Source of the DNA: Lama glama
Taxonomy: Eukaryota
Assembly: GCA_028534125.1 (NCBI GenBank)
Contig: CM052817.1
Coordinates: forward strand, 25,174,001 to 25,238,000
Direction of reading: 5' to 3'
DNA: 64,000 nucleotides
Positions 23,591 through 35,927 of the stretch are shown piece by piece. Both the position numbers and the translations under genes were made by a program. The notes below the pieces were generated by a model. That model did no database searches, had not been told where the DNA came from, and saw only the letters and a program-made list of their open reading frames with translations. Position 1 is the first letter of the stretch, and the number at the start of each line of letters is the position of its first letter.

Positions 23591-24830
23591 GATTTTTCTA
23601 CCTAGAAGTAGGACATTGCTGTAACAAAAATTTAAAATGTGGGAGAAGCTTTTAATTAAACAGTGGGTAGAACCCAGGAAGATTCTGAGGCAAGTGTTAA
23701 GTGAAGGTCTAAAGCATTTTGAACACACTGTTAGGAGAAGCCAGATGGTCTTTGGGGAGGTGCCTGGTGAAAGCTTAAGGGAAAGTGAGGAAAACGTTAC
23801 TGGACACCAGAGAACAGGGAGTCCTTACTATGTAGTGGCAGAAAGTTTAGCAGTGTTATGTGATAACATGGAAGAAGAAAATGTCCCTAATGAACTGAGG
23901 AATCTAAGTAAGGAGATTTCCAGGAAGATTATTAAAGGTGCTTCCTGATCTTGTCTTGCTGTAAAATACAAGAGATGACAAATAAGCTAAAAGGAGAACT
24001 ATAAATTAAAAGGCAGCCGGGAAATTTGGGATTTGAACATTTCCAGCCTGTCTAGATTTCAAATGATGCCAAAATTTAGAAATGGCGTTTGGGCAAAGAT
24101 CAAATCCAAGACCTCTCAGGAAAGCATAAAATAAAGATCACCAGGCCGTGTGTGTGACTGTAAAATCCTTGGTAAGGCCTAGAAAGATCTAAGGCAGTGC
24201 CTTAGAGAATTGCTGGGTCAAACAACACAGTTTTTAATGAGCTTAAGGGTGATGTCTCTGAGTAGTCTCAGCAGAAGTTCAGGATATAAAAGAGCTTATC
24301 TCAAAGAGTTTTGTGGATATGGTTTTTGACTAATGTAGTGACCATTAATAATATTTATAGGTGATTCACAATGTTTTAAGAGAACAGGATTAGCAAAACC
24401 ATCTCAGCCGGGACAGAAGAGACAAAGATAATACAAAATGGACCTTTGGACCCCGAACTTTATAGGCAAGAAGAAGTCTGAGAAAACTATTGAGCAGTAA
24501 ACATCTTATGGGAAGGGAAGTACGCCTCAGAGGGCAAAACCATGAGCCAGAGGGTGAAGTCAGCAGCTATAGAGAATTACTACCAAAACTCGACTCCCAG
24601 TCAAGGAATTACCAACAAATGCCCTGCTGAATTTAAGAATATCCATGGATCAGTGACTCTAGTGTGTTTCTCCTCCTGAGGTGGTTTTCCTCTGCCTATG
24701 CTATCATTATATATTGGATTTGTTAGAGGTAGGGGAGCAGATAACTTCACATGTCTTCAAATCAAGAGAAAGTCTACTCAAGGAATTGTACTTGAAGAGC
24801 CTCATGTACACATGAACCTAATTTAGATGA
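23591..24830 (+). mobile_element. MaLR internal region (MLT1-int) attached to the LTR
   Basis: gatttttctacctagaagtaggacattgctgtaacaaaaatttaaaatgtgg directly after the LTR; ctatgtagtggcagaaagtttagca; related in reverse complement to 55740-56187. Confidence 0.8.
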
Positions 24831-24857
24831 TGAGAGAGAGAGACAAAAGGAGAGAGA

Positions 24858-25550
24858 GAGTAACAAGTGAGGATATGGAGAAACTGGAACCTTCATGCAC
24901 TACCAGTGGAAATGCAAAATGGTGCAGCTGCTATGGAAACCCATTTGGTGATTCCTCAATAAATTAAACATAAAATTGCTATATGGTCCAGCAATTCCAG
25001 TCCTAGGTATAAACCCAAAAGGATTGAAAACTACTGAAAAACAGTTATTCAAACAAAAACTTACACACAACTATTCCTAGCAGCATTAGTTATAACAGCC
25101 AAAAGGTAGAAATAACCCAAATGTCCATTAACTGATGAACAGACAACAGAATGTAGTATATATCCATACAGTGAAGTATTAATTGACCATAAAAAGTGGT
25201 GAACTACTGATACATGCTACAACACGGATGAACCTTGAAAACATCGTGCTAAATAAGGAAAGCCAGACACAAAAAGCCATATACCAAATGATTCCCTTTA
25301 TATGAAATATCTAGAATAGGGAAATCCATAGACACAGAAAACTTAGTTGTTTTTAGGGGCTGAGGGGAAGGCAGGTGATGGAGAATGACTGCTTAATGGG
25401 TAGAAGGTTTCCTATGGGATGATGAAAATACTGTTGAGCTAGATAGTAGTGATGGTTGCAAAACACTGTGAATATACTAAATACCACTGAATTGTACACT
25501 TGAAAATGGTTAAAATGGTAAATTTTATGTTATGTGAAAACAATAAAAAA
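24858..25550 (+). mobile_element. L1MB-type 3' fragment
   Basis: gaggatatggagaaactggaacc...atgaaccttgaaaacatcgtgctaaataaggaaagccagacacaaaa...gtacacttgaaaatggttaaaatggtaaattttatgttatgtg. Confidence 0.92.
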
Positions 25551-25990
25551 TTTAAGTGACTTGAAACAGCAATAATATATGAATCATTCTGGACTTTTCT
25601 TCTGTTGATTTCACTGGGCTTACCCATGTGTCTGCATTCAACTAGAGGCTCAGAAGTTAGATGGGAAGGTCCAGCTAACCTCACTCGCCTGCCTGGTGGT
25701 GCTTCCCCATGTGGCCCCTCAAACATCCATCGTCTAGACTGGTTTTCTTACACGGCAGCCCCAGGGCAGCATCCTAGGGAAGCTACAAGGCTTTGTGAGG
25801 CTTTGGCTTGGAACATACACAGTATTACATCCATCACATTCTATTAGTCTAAGCAATTTTCAAGGTCAGCCCAGATTAAAGGAGGGGAAAATATATATCA
25901 GTTCTTAATTAAAAGAGTGGCAAAATCACCAGGCACAGATGCCATGCAAAGAGAAATTGTTGCAGAAATTGCTGAAAACAATCTTCCACC
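25551..25990 (-). mobile_element. Old MaLR LTR (MLT1 family)
   Basis: cacattctattagtctaagcaattttcaaggtcagcccagattaaaggagggga, same family pattern as 5590-5955. Confidence 0.65.
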
Positions 25991-28350
25991 AGCAGCCCTG
26001 ATCTCATGTCCATTTTCAAAAGTATATTTTATTAGATTTTTATTTTTTAGACTAAGACAAATGATGGACTGAAAACCAAATATCTGCATTTAATTTAGAT
26101 AGCATTTGAGGAATACATTTATGTTACATGTACCCCTTTATCTAGAGTTTGGCTTAAAGCAACTTATATTTTGGGGATTCTGTTGGATTCGTTCTTGCCT
26201 CTGGATTCCAAAGAAACCACAGTGATACTCTACATTCTTATAACTTTAGACTGCCTTTAGGTGGGTTTCTGTATTGTAGAAATTCACACACTGTCACTAT
26301 GATTATACGCATGGAGTCCTATAAAAATAAAAATAATTTCAAAAGTATCTGATTTCATAATCAGACACCATTTTCCCTTGACTTCAGACATGGCACTGCC
26401 ATGGTTATCTTTCTTTTCCAAGCCTAGTTGTCATGAATCTTGCATAAATTCCTAGAGATCCTTCAACAGTTGTTAAGTGAATGAATGAATCCAATAAATG
26501 TTTGTGGTTTGGAGTTATTTTGAATAATATCAGCAGGTTTTCAGTTTATGAAAGAGTGATCTGCTGGAGATTAGAAGGAAAATAGAATAAGGTGGAGCAA
26601 GTTGTGGGAAATGTTAGATTGAAGAGGTTTCTTCAGAGGGAGCTGCTGTGCGTTTTATGTGTTTGACTTGCCAGCGTGTGGAATGTTGTGATAACTAGGA
26701 AATACCTCCCCCGATTAAATGTAAATCTGAATGTACTATCTGTGAGTGACATCATTATATTTAAAGCTTCTGGGGACACAATTTGTTCAGCTTCACCTGC
26801 ATAGTTCATAAGTGGTGGGGCTCTTCTGAAAGGACTCCTTGCTCAGGCTTCTAGAAGCATGGAGTGAAGTTCTAAGGAGCAGGAACAGGTAGGTCCCAGC
26901 CACAACTTTAAACCCATACTTTTAAACTTTCTCAAGTTGTCACTGCAAGGAGATGAGCTTAGTTCCAATACTTCTCTGGCAAGTACACCCCACGAAGTGC
27001 CCCTGCGATCAAATCTCAGAGTCAGGAGAGACGTGGAATACCCCAGTGTGATAAAAACAGATCTGACTTGTAACTTTGGCTTCCCCACCTGGCAAATGAT
27101 GAGAACTGAATACAGCACTAGCTACACACTTCTCTCACTTCCTCTCTCCTCTTCAAGGAGGACTGTGAGAATTAGCAGCTAATCAGAAAGCAAAGTAACA
27201 ATGGTGTGTCACAGAGGAGCCGACCTGAGTGAGGTCTGTGAAATCTGGCAAAACACCAGATGGGGTCTAACTCAGTTGGACCAGATTAATGTTCAGGCAG
27301 GTCACATCTTCAGAGTCCGAGGTTGTCTAGAGTCCTTTCTGCTAAGGAATGCCAATGGCAAGGGAAATCCCTGCCTCACTATTTGCATGTAGATTTAGAA
27401 GGAAATGCAGATTTGATCATTTGGTTTCTGTGTAACTTTAGAGTCAAAATGAAACTAGAATGTGAATATGAGAGTGTGTGAAACTTCTTAGTATGAAGTT
27501 GGACTGCTGTGGCATTTAGGAAATCGCACCATATAAGAGCAGCACCCAATATTTACATTGTCCTTGCAACAAGTGACAGCAATGACCACCAATGCGCAGA
27601 GCCTAGTGTCCTGTAGAATCTAGCAACCCGTTATTTGCATACAAGGGTGTATGAATGAACAATATTCATTGCACATTTTCTTTGTGTTTGCATTCTAGTC
27701 CTCTGTGATTGCATTTACTGAAAAAAAAAGTATTTTCAAAGATTTGAAGTGTTGATTTTTTTTCTACAGTGGATTTATCATACATCATCATCAAAACAAA
27801 TTGAAAAAGAAGGCAGACTCTGCTACCCAAACAAAACCACTGTTCACTTGTACACACCAGGTTCCCAACTGATTTCCACTTGACAAACCCACCAGATTAA
27901 CTAATGCAGCCTCCAGTCTCTCTGTAAAGCCCACATCTGATGCCCTCAGTCAGCTTAACACAGGCCTCAGAATGCACCTGGGCCCTTCTTCTGCCAATTG
28001 TATTGTCTGCTTACCAGGAGTCAGTTTCTTTGTTCCCAGACACTTTTAAAAAGATTACAATTGAAAATTTGTAATGCAATTAGAAATTCTGTAAATAATG
28101 AAAAATATAATGCAGAAAGAACAGTCTTAAGGAAGTCAAGATACTTTGTAAAGACTTGATAAAGGTGAGGCATGCCAAAAAAAAAAAATACTGTCAGATT
28201 AAGTGTGGACAAGTAACTATGAAAGGCTGAAAGTAAATCATTAAAATCTAGCAGGATTTGCCCTTAGTGTCTTTAAATTCTTCTCCACTTTAAAGAAACT
28301 AGAAAATTGTAGCTGATGCATTAAGGGTGAATGATTGAATAGGTGAATAT

Positions 28351-29200
28351 TGTTATATTGTGATTAATAATAAGAAGTATATATTTGGTCTTCTGGCACA
28401 GAGCTCCTAAACCCCTTGGAATTTCCTAAGTGATGTGAGTGATAAACGTGCCTTTTGTCATTTTAATGAGGCAACTTTTGGAAAGCACCTGTGTAACCTA
28501 AGGATGGGGGCTGGCTGGGAGAACCAACCAAGTGATTAGGGGGTTGAAACTTTCAGACCCACACCCAGACCTTGGGGGAAAGAAGAGGAGTTGGAAGTTG
28601 AGTTCAAGCACCAACGGCCAACAATTTAATCCATGATGCCTATGCAATGAAGCTTCCATAAAACCCAGAAGGGTTTGGAGATCTTCCTGTTGGTGAACAC
28701 ATAGATACTGGGGGAGAGTGGTACAGGTGAGGAGGGTATGGAAGCTCTGTGTGTTTGCCCCATAACTTGTCCTGTGCATCTCTTCCATCTGGCTGTTCCT
28801 GAGTTACATCCTTTTACAATAAAAGGTGATCTAGTAAGTAAAATGTTTCTCTGAGTTCTGTGAGACACTCAAACAAATTAATTAAACCCAAGGAAGGGGT
28901 TGTTGAAACCTCCGATCTATTTGCGGGGGAGATCAGAAACACAGATAATAGCCTAAACTTGAGATTGGCATCTGAAGTAGGGGGTGTGTGGGAGGCAGCC
29001 TTGTAGGACTGAGCCCTTAACCTGTGGGATCTGATGCTCTCTCCAGGTAGTGTCAGAATTGAGTCGAATTGTAGGACACGCAGCTGGTGTCTGAGAATGA
29101 ATTGCTTGGTTATGTGGGGAAGACCACCACATGTTGGAATTGGTACCAGAATTGTTAGTTGGTTTCAGAATTGGAGTTGGTGATCAGAAGTGGGATCAGA
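28351..29200 (+). mobile_element. MER21-type ERV LTR with PBS-like sequence at the 3' end
   Basis: tctggcacagagctcctaaaccccttggaatttcct...aataaa...gtaagtaaaatgtttctctgagttctgtgag...ggactgagcccttaacctgtgggatctgatgct. Confidence 0.88.
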
Positions 29201-29284
29201 ATCAGAATCATACTTATAAAATGCAAAATGAGTGAAGATATTTATCAGGAGTCATATCCAAAGACAAAAAAAGAAACAATAAAA

Positions 29285-29550
29285 ATCATAAATACATATA
29301 GTGCTTCATATGTGCCAAGGACTGTTCTAGTCGCTGGAGAACTTATACTCATTTTATTGTCATAAAAACTCAATGATATATTAAGTGCATGACATGGTTA
29401 ACCCCATTTTACAATGAGGAAACTAAGCATAGAATGACCTGAAGCTCCCTACTCTAGATTATCCAACTGGTAAGTGGTAGAGCTGACATTCAAACTCAGG
29501 CAGTCTGGTCCTTAGTCTATGCCTTCACACATGGCCTTATACTAGCCCTC
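29285..29550 (-). mobile_element. MIR SINE
   Basis: ccccattttacaatgaggaaactaagca...gtaagtggtagagctgacattcaaactcaggcagtctgg. Confidence 0.85.
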
Positions 29551-29619
29551 AGTTCTACAGCAAAAGAGTTAAATATTTTAAATAAGAATAAATTAAGATA
29601 TGTTTGTACCATTCACAAT

Positions 29620-30990
29620 GTTTTGTTATGGAAATATTAAATCCTGTATAAAAGTAGAAAGAAGAGTCTGATGAGCCTCCATGTACTCATCACTCAGCTT
29701 CAACAAGATCAATTCATGGCCAATCTTTTTGCATCTCTCCCTCATTCACTTCCCCCTGGCTCTTGAAATACACTAAAGGTAATCTTAGAAATCATATATT
29801 TTCATCCACAAATATTTCAGCATGCATCACTAAAAGACAAGATTTCTTTCTAAAAGTATAACTACGATGTCATCTTTACACTTAAAAATTGAACAAAATC
29901 CATTAGTTTAATCAAATATCCAGGGGAAGGTATGGCTCAGTGGTAGAGCTCATGCTTACCATGCATGAGGCCCTGGGTTCAATCCTCAGTATCTTCACTA
30001 AAAAATAAATAAAAATAAATAAATAAACAAACAAACAAACAAACAAACCTGATTACCTCCCCCTCAAAAAAAGAGAACCAACCAACCAAACAAACAAAAC
30101 AGAAAGAAAAAAGAAAAGAAGCCCCAAATCAATAAGATAGGTCAAAAAAATATTAAATATCCAAGCAGTATTTTAATTTCTCTGATTGTCTCAAAATGTT
30201 TTGCAGGAGTTTTCCTCTAAATAGAATGCAAATGAAATCATTGCAATTAGTCTTTTTTAATCTCTTAAATCCCTATTCTCCCCTTTTCCCTGCAATTTGT
30301 GTATTGAAGAAATCAAGTTCTATGTCTTATAAAGTGTCCCAGTCTAGATTTTGCTAATCTCATTCCCCATGGTGTCATTTAAAACACTTCTCTGTCTCCT
30401 GCATTTCTTATAAATCAGGAGTCAAATCTAGAGGTACAATCTGATTCAGGTTTTGATTTTTTTTTTTTTTTGCCTGAATGTTTCATAGATGGTGATGTGA
30501 TAATTCCACCAGGAAGCACATACTGTCTGGCTTTGTCTTCTGTCATGTTAGCATTCATTGCCTAATCCATTATTTTATATGGGGTTAAAAATGGTGCTGA
30601 TCTATTATTCCTGCCTCATTTATTATATGGAATATTTCTATTAGGAGAAATTTGCTCTCATCAACAATTTACTTACTGTAAGTTCTACACAGTATCAGCA
30701 GGATAAACGCCTGATTCTTTTCCTCTACTTACCAGTTTTCAGAATGAGTTATTTCCTAGTTTCTCTAAAGGGGCCGATGAGTTTTTTTTTTTTCCCTCTG
30801 AGTAATTTTAAACCTATAGGTCTAAAAATATTGATGTGTTTCAATCCACCACAGTTAATGATGCTCAGATTTATTTTCTTTAGGCGAGGAGAACCTCTTC
30901 CGTTTAGCTCATGAGTCCTCTCGACAGGACCCGCCCAGTCTTTGACAACTTCCTTATCACAAAATGTTCCAGGCTCTCTGTTGTATATAA
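29620..30990 (-). mobile_element. Old L1MC/L1ME-type 3' UTR fragment interrupted by a SINE
   Basis: catgtactcatcactcagcttcaacaagatcaattcatggccaatctt; tctagattttgctaatctcattccc; aaatctagaggtacaatctgattcagg. Confidence 0.7.
29923..30154 (+). mobile_element. tRNA-derived SINE (camelid Vic-1-like) with A-rich tail and TSD
   Basis: A box tggctcagtggt, B box gggttcaatcc, (AAAT)n/(AAAC)n tail; TSD aaatatcca at 29914-29922 and 30155-30163. Confidence 0.88.
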
Positions 30991-31059
30991 CATTTTTAAT
31001 ACTATCTCTCCATATTACCCTTTTCCTGTTTTTTGTTGAACTGATCAATGGCTAGGAGG

Positions 31060-31295
31060 CATGGTTGTGAAGGCTTCCTGGATTCCTCTTCCAGCTTTGA
31101 CCTTGCTTGCTATATGGCTTGGGAAGGTTACTTCACTTTGCTCTGCCTCAGCTCCCTTATCTGTAAAATGAGAATCACAATAGTTGTGCTAACCTCAAGG
31201 TGTTGCTGTAAGGATAAACTGAGTTAATACACAGAGATCACTTAGAATGGTACCTAGCACATAGTCAAAACTCAGTAGATAGTGGTTATTATCAT
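31060..31295 (+). mobile_element. MIR SINE
   Basis: ctctgcctcagctcccttatctgtaaaatgagaat...cacttagaatggtacctagcacatagt. Confidence 0.88.
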
Positions 31296-32524
31296 TAGGT
31301 TATTATCACTAAGACTGATTTCAGTATATCATCTTTCTGAATTCTTTAAAGCAAGCCTGACATAGTTGTGATCATACATATTATTCATATGTTTCCTGAT
31401 GTTTTCCCCATAATATAACAACATGGGCATTTATGTCATCTAACAAACACAAGTTCTAAAAACAATGTAAAACTATTACATGATATAGACCATATTTTAC
31501 CAACTTACACGTGTGCCCATAAAGAACAGCTGATTTCCATTTGTTTCCTGTTATAAAGAATATAGCGAGGAATATCTATGTAAATAGAAGCTTTTGTTTT
31601 TCTCTCGTGTTTAGCATTTCTCGACTATAAATTCCCCAAAATGAAATGACCGTATCTAAGTTATGACCAAATTTATTTCCTGAATGTTTGTACTGATTCA
31701 TACTTACCTGGAGTTTCTAAAAAGGTTTAAAAGATGTTCATAAAATTCAAATGATTTTTCATGTTCTTTTACAAAATCCCATGACGAAAATCAGCCATTT
31801 AACTTGATCAGCTCGACTGAAAAGAAGGAATGATATGGTCACAATCTCTGGGCTGCCCGTATATAGACATCATCCCAGCCTCTTGAGTCAAACCAGTGAG
31901 GCTGGGGGAAATTTGGCTGCCACAGCTTTGAATGTGGTGGAAAAAAAAAAAAAAGAAAGAAAAGAAGAAAGAAAGCCAGCATTGTGAGTAATCTAGTAAT
32001 TGGGTTCTGCTCTCTTCTGAGCTGACTTGAGACCTCAGTCACGTGAAACAACCACCAAAAGATGGTAACAGCTCAGCGAGAATGACGGGCTTGACAAGGG
32101 TGCTGTGCGCTGGGTGGGGAGCCAGCCTGACTCTCACGGGGCCTACTGCCTGCTCTCTGGCTTGGCTCAGGGCGTGAAGGGGGCTGGAATCCGACCCAGT
32201 CCTGCCCCAAGCAGTGAGCCCTGTGCAGATATCACCCTTGAGAAGGGGCCTCCCAGAGGGGCAGCTTTTATGGTTTATCCACCCACAAGAGGCGTCACTT
32301 TCGAATTCACACTAAGGCTTTGTGTGTGCCAGATGTGACCCTGATAATCCTTCCCAGTTAGGAGCCCTAAACTTGACAGAGAGGGAGCAGAAGAGTGCTT
32401 AACTGTTGCTTCTCCACAGCCATCTCCTTCGGAAAGCGTCCCATCACCCCATCGGAAGCTCCTTTCTAAGCTGCTGTCCCCTCTCAAATAGCTATCTTCA
32501 CCTAGCTGAGCTTGAAGCCTAATA

Positions 32525-32740
32525 ATGGTTAAGCCACAGACACTAAATGAGAAAAACAGAGATCTGAATTCTGCCTTCACTGCTGTCTGTGATTTCACGT
32601 TCCTCCTCACCTCCCGATTCAGACAAAAGCACATGCCTTCTACTTTGCAGGGTTGTTGTGAGGATTAAATGAGATACTGCATATAACATGCCTGGCATGT
32701 GTTAAATGTCCAATAAATGTGAACGCCTACTGTTATTGTG
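32525..32740 (+). mobile_element. MIR SINE
   Basis: cagggttgttgtgaggattaaatgagata...tgcctggcatgt. Confidence 0.75.
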
Positions 32741-33773
32741 CATCTGGGCCACCTTTCCCCCCCACCCCCGCCCCAAGATTGTCCAAGTTTTCGTATGGGG
32801 TGATTTCTTCCTCTGGCGATGCGAAGAGATCTGTTTATCTGTGTCATACAGTCTTGGTTCTGGTGTTTGCAGGCTCAGTTTAGCAGGAAGAAAAATACAG
32901 AAAAATACAGCGTAGGAAAAAGAAAAAGTGCTCACCTCTGAAACACGCAGCATGGCTGCTGCCCTCACTAGCTCCTCCTTCCCTGTTCCCCCATGTGGAA
33001 TTCCGAGTATCTCCTTAGGCACCCAGTGCTGCGAGCGTGCACCCACCTCTTTCCCATCAAGTGAAATGAATAAGTCAAAAGGATGAAATGTTCCTGTCAG
33101 CACTCACTCAGGTAAATTGGTTCTCCATATCTGAAAGGAGAGAGGGAACAGGAATGCTATTCCGTGCCAGAGCTCTGGCTTAAATACTTCCAGTCCTCTG
33201 GCAAAAGCAGAAGGTACATGGCCCCACCCAGCTTGGGGAGATCCCTCTCTCCTATCATCTGTTTAAAATTAAAATATTGCCATATGCCAAAGAAAGGTTG
33301 TAATTTTCCCACTGCTCCTCTCTTGGCTTCTCTCATGAAAGGAAGGAGTAGATTAAATGACAGCTCAACTGTCCTTCCATTCCAGGAGAAAATTCTAGAT
33401 TGGAGTACTGTGATGGGATGGAAGGGCAGGGGGCTGGAGTCAGAAGACTTGAGTTTCAGTCCTGGTCTGTCCTTCATAAGCTTTTTGAACTTGGGCTAGA
33501 TCTTTCGTCTTCTGGAAAAAAGCAGATGTAAGCATAGAGGCTGTGACTATGTACTACCTATGAAGTAGCTTTGCCAAACAATTAAATGTAAATCTAATTA
33601 AAACACTAGATCTAACTATCAGTTTACAGGAAATACAGAGGATGGAGAAACATGTTAAATGACACCACAAAGATATAATCAGCAAAATCCAAAATGTGAG
33701 ACTCTGTATCTTCAACAAATGAATGGCAATGGGGAGGGGACGGTGAATATCACCCAAATATAATGTGGGGACT

Positions 33774-34498
33774 TTTTTTAAATTGAGGTATAGTTGATTT
33801 ACAATATTATATGTTTTGCATGTACAACATAGCGATCCACAATTTTTTAAAAAAAATAGGTTTATTTATTTTTAACAGAGGAACTGGGGATTGAACCCAG
33901 GACCTTGTGCATGCTAAGTGTGCACTCTACCACTGAGCTCTACCCTTCCCCTATTCACAATTTTTAAAGGTCATTTATAGTTAATATAAAATATTGGCTA
34001 TACTCCCTGTGTTGTACAATATATCCATGTCGCTTATTTATTTTATACATAATAGTTTATACCCCTTAATCCCCTATCCCTATCTTGCCCCTCCTCACTT
34101 CCGTATCCCCACTGGTAACCACTAAGTTGTTCTCTACATCTGTGAGTCTGTTTCTTTTTTGTTATATTCACTAGTTTATTTTTTAGATTCTACATATAAG
34201 TGTATCATACAGTAAGTCTTTGGACCTATTTCACTAAATATAATACCCTCCAAATCCATCCATGTTGTTGCAAATGACATTTCATTCTTTTTTATGGCTG
34301 AGTAGTATTCCATTGTGTATATGCACCACATATTCTTTACTCATCTGTTGATGGATATTTAGGTTGCCTCCATACCTCAGTGATTGTAATAATGCTGCTA
34401 TGAACATTGGGTGCATGTATCTTTTCAACTTAGTATTTTGTTTTCTTCTGATATATACACAGGAGTGGAATTGCTGGGTCATATAGTAGTTCTATTTT
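33774..34498 (-). mobile_element. 5'-truncated L1 with 13-bp TSD (1 mismatch)
   Basis: tttttaaattgaggtatagttgatttacaat...ttcttttttatggctgagtagtattccattgtgtat; TSD taatgtggggact 33761-33773 and taatgtgaggact 34499-34511. Confidence 0.92.
33852..33951 (-). mobile_element. tRNA-derived SINE (Vic-1-like) inside an L1
   Basis: ggggattgaacccaggaccttgtgcatgctaagtgtgcactctaccactgagctctacccttcccc, homologous in reverse complement to the head at 29923-29995; flanking near-repeat at(c/t)cacaattttt. Confidence 0.88.
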
Positions 34499-34914
34499 TA
34501 ATGTGAGGACTATATTTTATCCTAATTCAAATAAACCACTGTAAAAATACCCATATGAGACAGTCTGAGATATCTGAACAATGTTTGGATATTTGATGGT
34601 ATTAAGCAATAATTGTTATTTTCTTTAGACAGAACACTGGTATTATGGCTACGTTAAGAAAGTCCTTTTTTCTTGGAGATACCTGTTAAGATATGCACTG
34701 ATAACAGGACACTATGATACAGAAATAATATGTATGAAATTCAAAAAAATCTAGTAGTGGAAGAATAGATGGGGGATGAATGATGAAGTAAGATCTGTCT
34801 CGTGTTGATGATTATTGCAACTGGTTAATGGACTTATGAGGGTTCATTACAATATTCTCTCTAACTTTGCGTATATTTGGAATGGTCCATCATAAAATGT
34901 TAAACAGTAAAAAA

Positions 34915-35108
34915 CAATGTGGGCTTTGGAGAGAGGGAGACTGCCTTGATCTACCTTTTATTGGGCTAATTAACCTTTGATTCACTTTCCCAATGAAGAC
35001 AAAAATAGCACCTGCATCATAGGATTGCTGTAGGCACAAGGAAAGCACTTAGCACAATACCTGGCACAAAATCAGTGCCCAGTCAGTGTTAGCTCTCATT
35101 ATTAATAA
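34915..35108 (+). mobile_element. MIR SINE
   Basis: aatagcacctgcatcataggattgctgt...aaagcacttagcacaatacctggcaca. Confidence 0.75.
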
Positions 35109-35261
35109 TATCTAAGAGGTTGGACTCGTCAGTCTCTATGGTTCTTTCCACCTGAAAGGGTATCTGGTTCCAGCCTGCTTCCTTCCCATCTTAGCCCTCT
35201 TTATTTTCTCTGCTACTCCACATTCACCTTTTTGGGGGCTCTAACTTCCTCTAATGTTCAC

Positions 35262-35761
35262 NNNNNNNNNNNNNNNNNNNNNNNNNNNNNNNNNNNNNNN
35301 NNNNNNNNNNNNNNNNNNNNNNNNNNNNNNNNNNNNNNNNNNNNNNNNNNNNNNNNNNNNNNNNNNNNNNNNNNNNNNNNNNNNNNNNNNNNNNNNNNNN
35401 NNNNNNNNNNNNNNNNNNNNNNNNNNNNNNNNNNNNNNNNNNNNNNNNNNNNNNNNNNNNNNNNNNNNNNNNNNNNNNNNNNNNNNNNNNNNNNNNNNNN
35501 NNNNNNNNNNNNNNNNNNNNNNNNNNNNNNNNNNNNNNNNNNNNNNNNNNNNNNNNNNNNNNNNNNNNNNNNNNNNNNNNNNNNNNNNNNNNNNNNNNNN
35601 NNNNNNNNNNNNNNNNNNNNNNNNNNNNNNNNNNNNNNNNNNNNNNNNNNNNNNNNNNNNNNNNNNNNNNNNNNNNNNNNNNNNNNNNNNNNNNNNNNNN
35701 NNNNNNNNNNNNNNNNNNNNNNNNNNNNNNNNNNNNNNNNNNNNNNNNNNNNNNNNNNNNN
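35262..35761. other. Assembly gap (500 N)
   Basis: Run of N. Confidence 1.
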
Positions 35762-35927
35762 TACGCCCAATTAATATGACACTTCCAAAGACTCTTTGCG
35801 TATGGCTTTGTTCTCAATAGTGGAATGGAGGTGTGAGGCCAGCACTTCTGGAAATGGAGAGGATGCTTGTGGATCTGAAAAGGGATGTTATGGGTTGAAT
35901 TGCCTTCCTTCAAAAGAGGTATGCTGG

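Larger units (their letters stand above)
33555..34905 (+). mobile_element. Old L1MC/ME-type 3' UTR fragment hosting nested insertions
   Basis: atcagtttacaggaaatacagagg...atcagcaaaatccaaaatgtgaga at left; ttggatatttgatggtattaag...gagggttcattacaatattctctct at right. Confidence 0.7.

Noticed and set aside
27100..27121. tgagaactgaat matches the first 12 nt of miR-146a/b
   Set aside because: The match stops after 12 nt (continues acagcac, not tcca) and I see no complementary hairpin arm; chance match.
29923..29995. tRNA-like sequence with A and B boxes
   Set aside because: It has an A-rich tail, a TSD and a diverged second copy, so it is a SINE head and not a tRNA gene.
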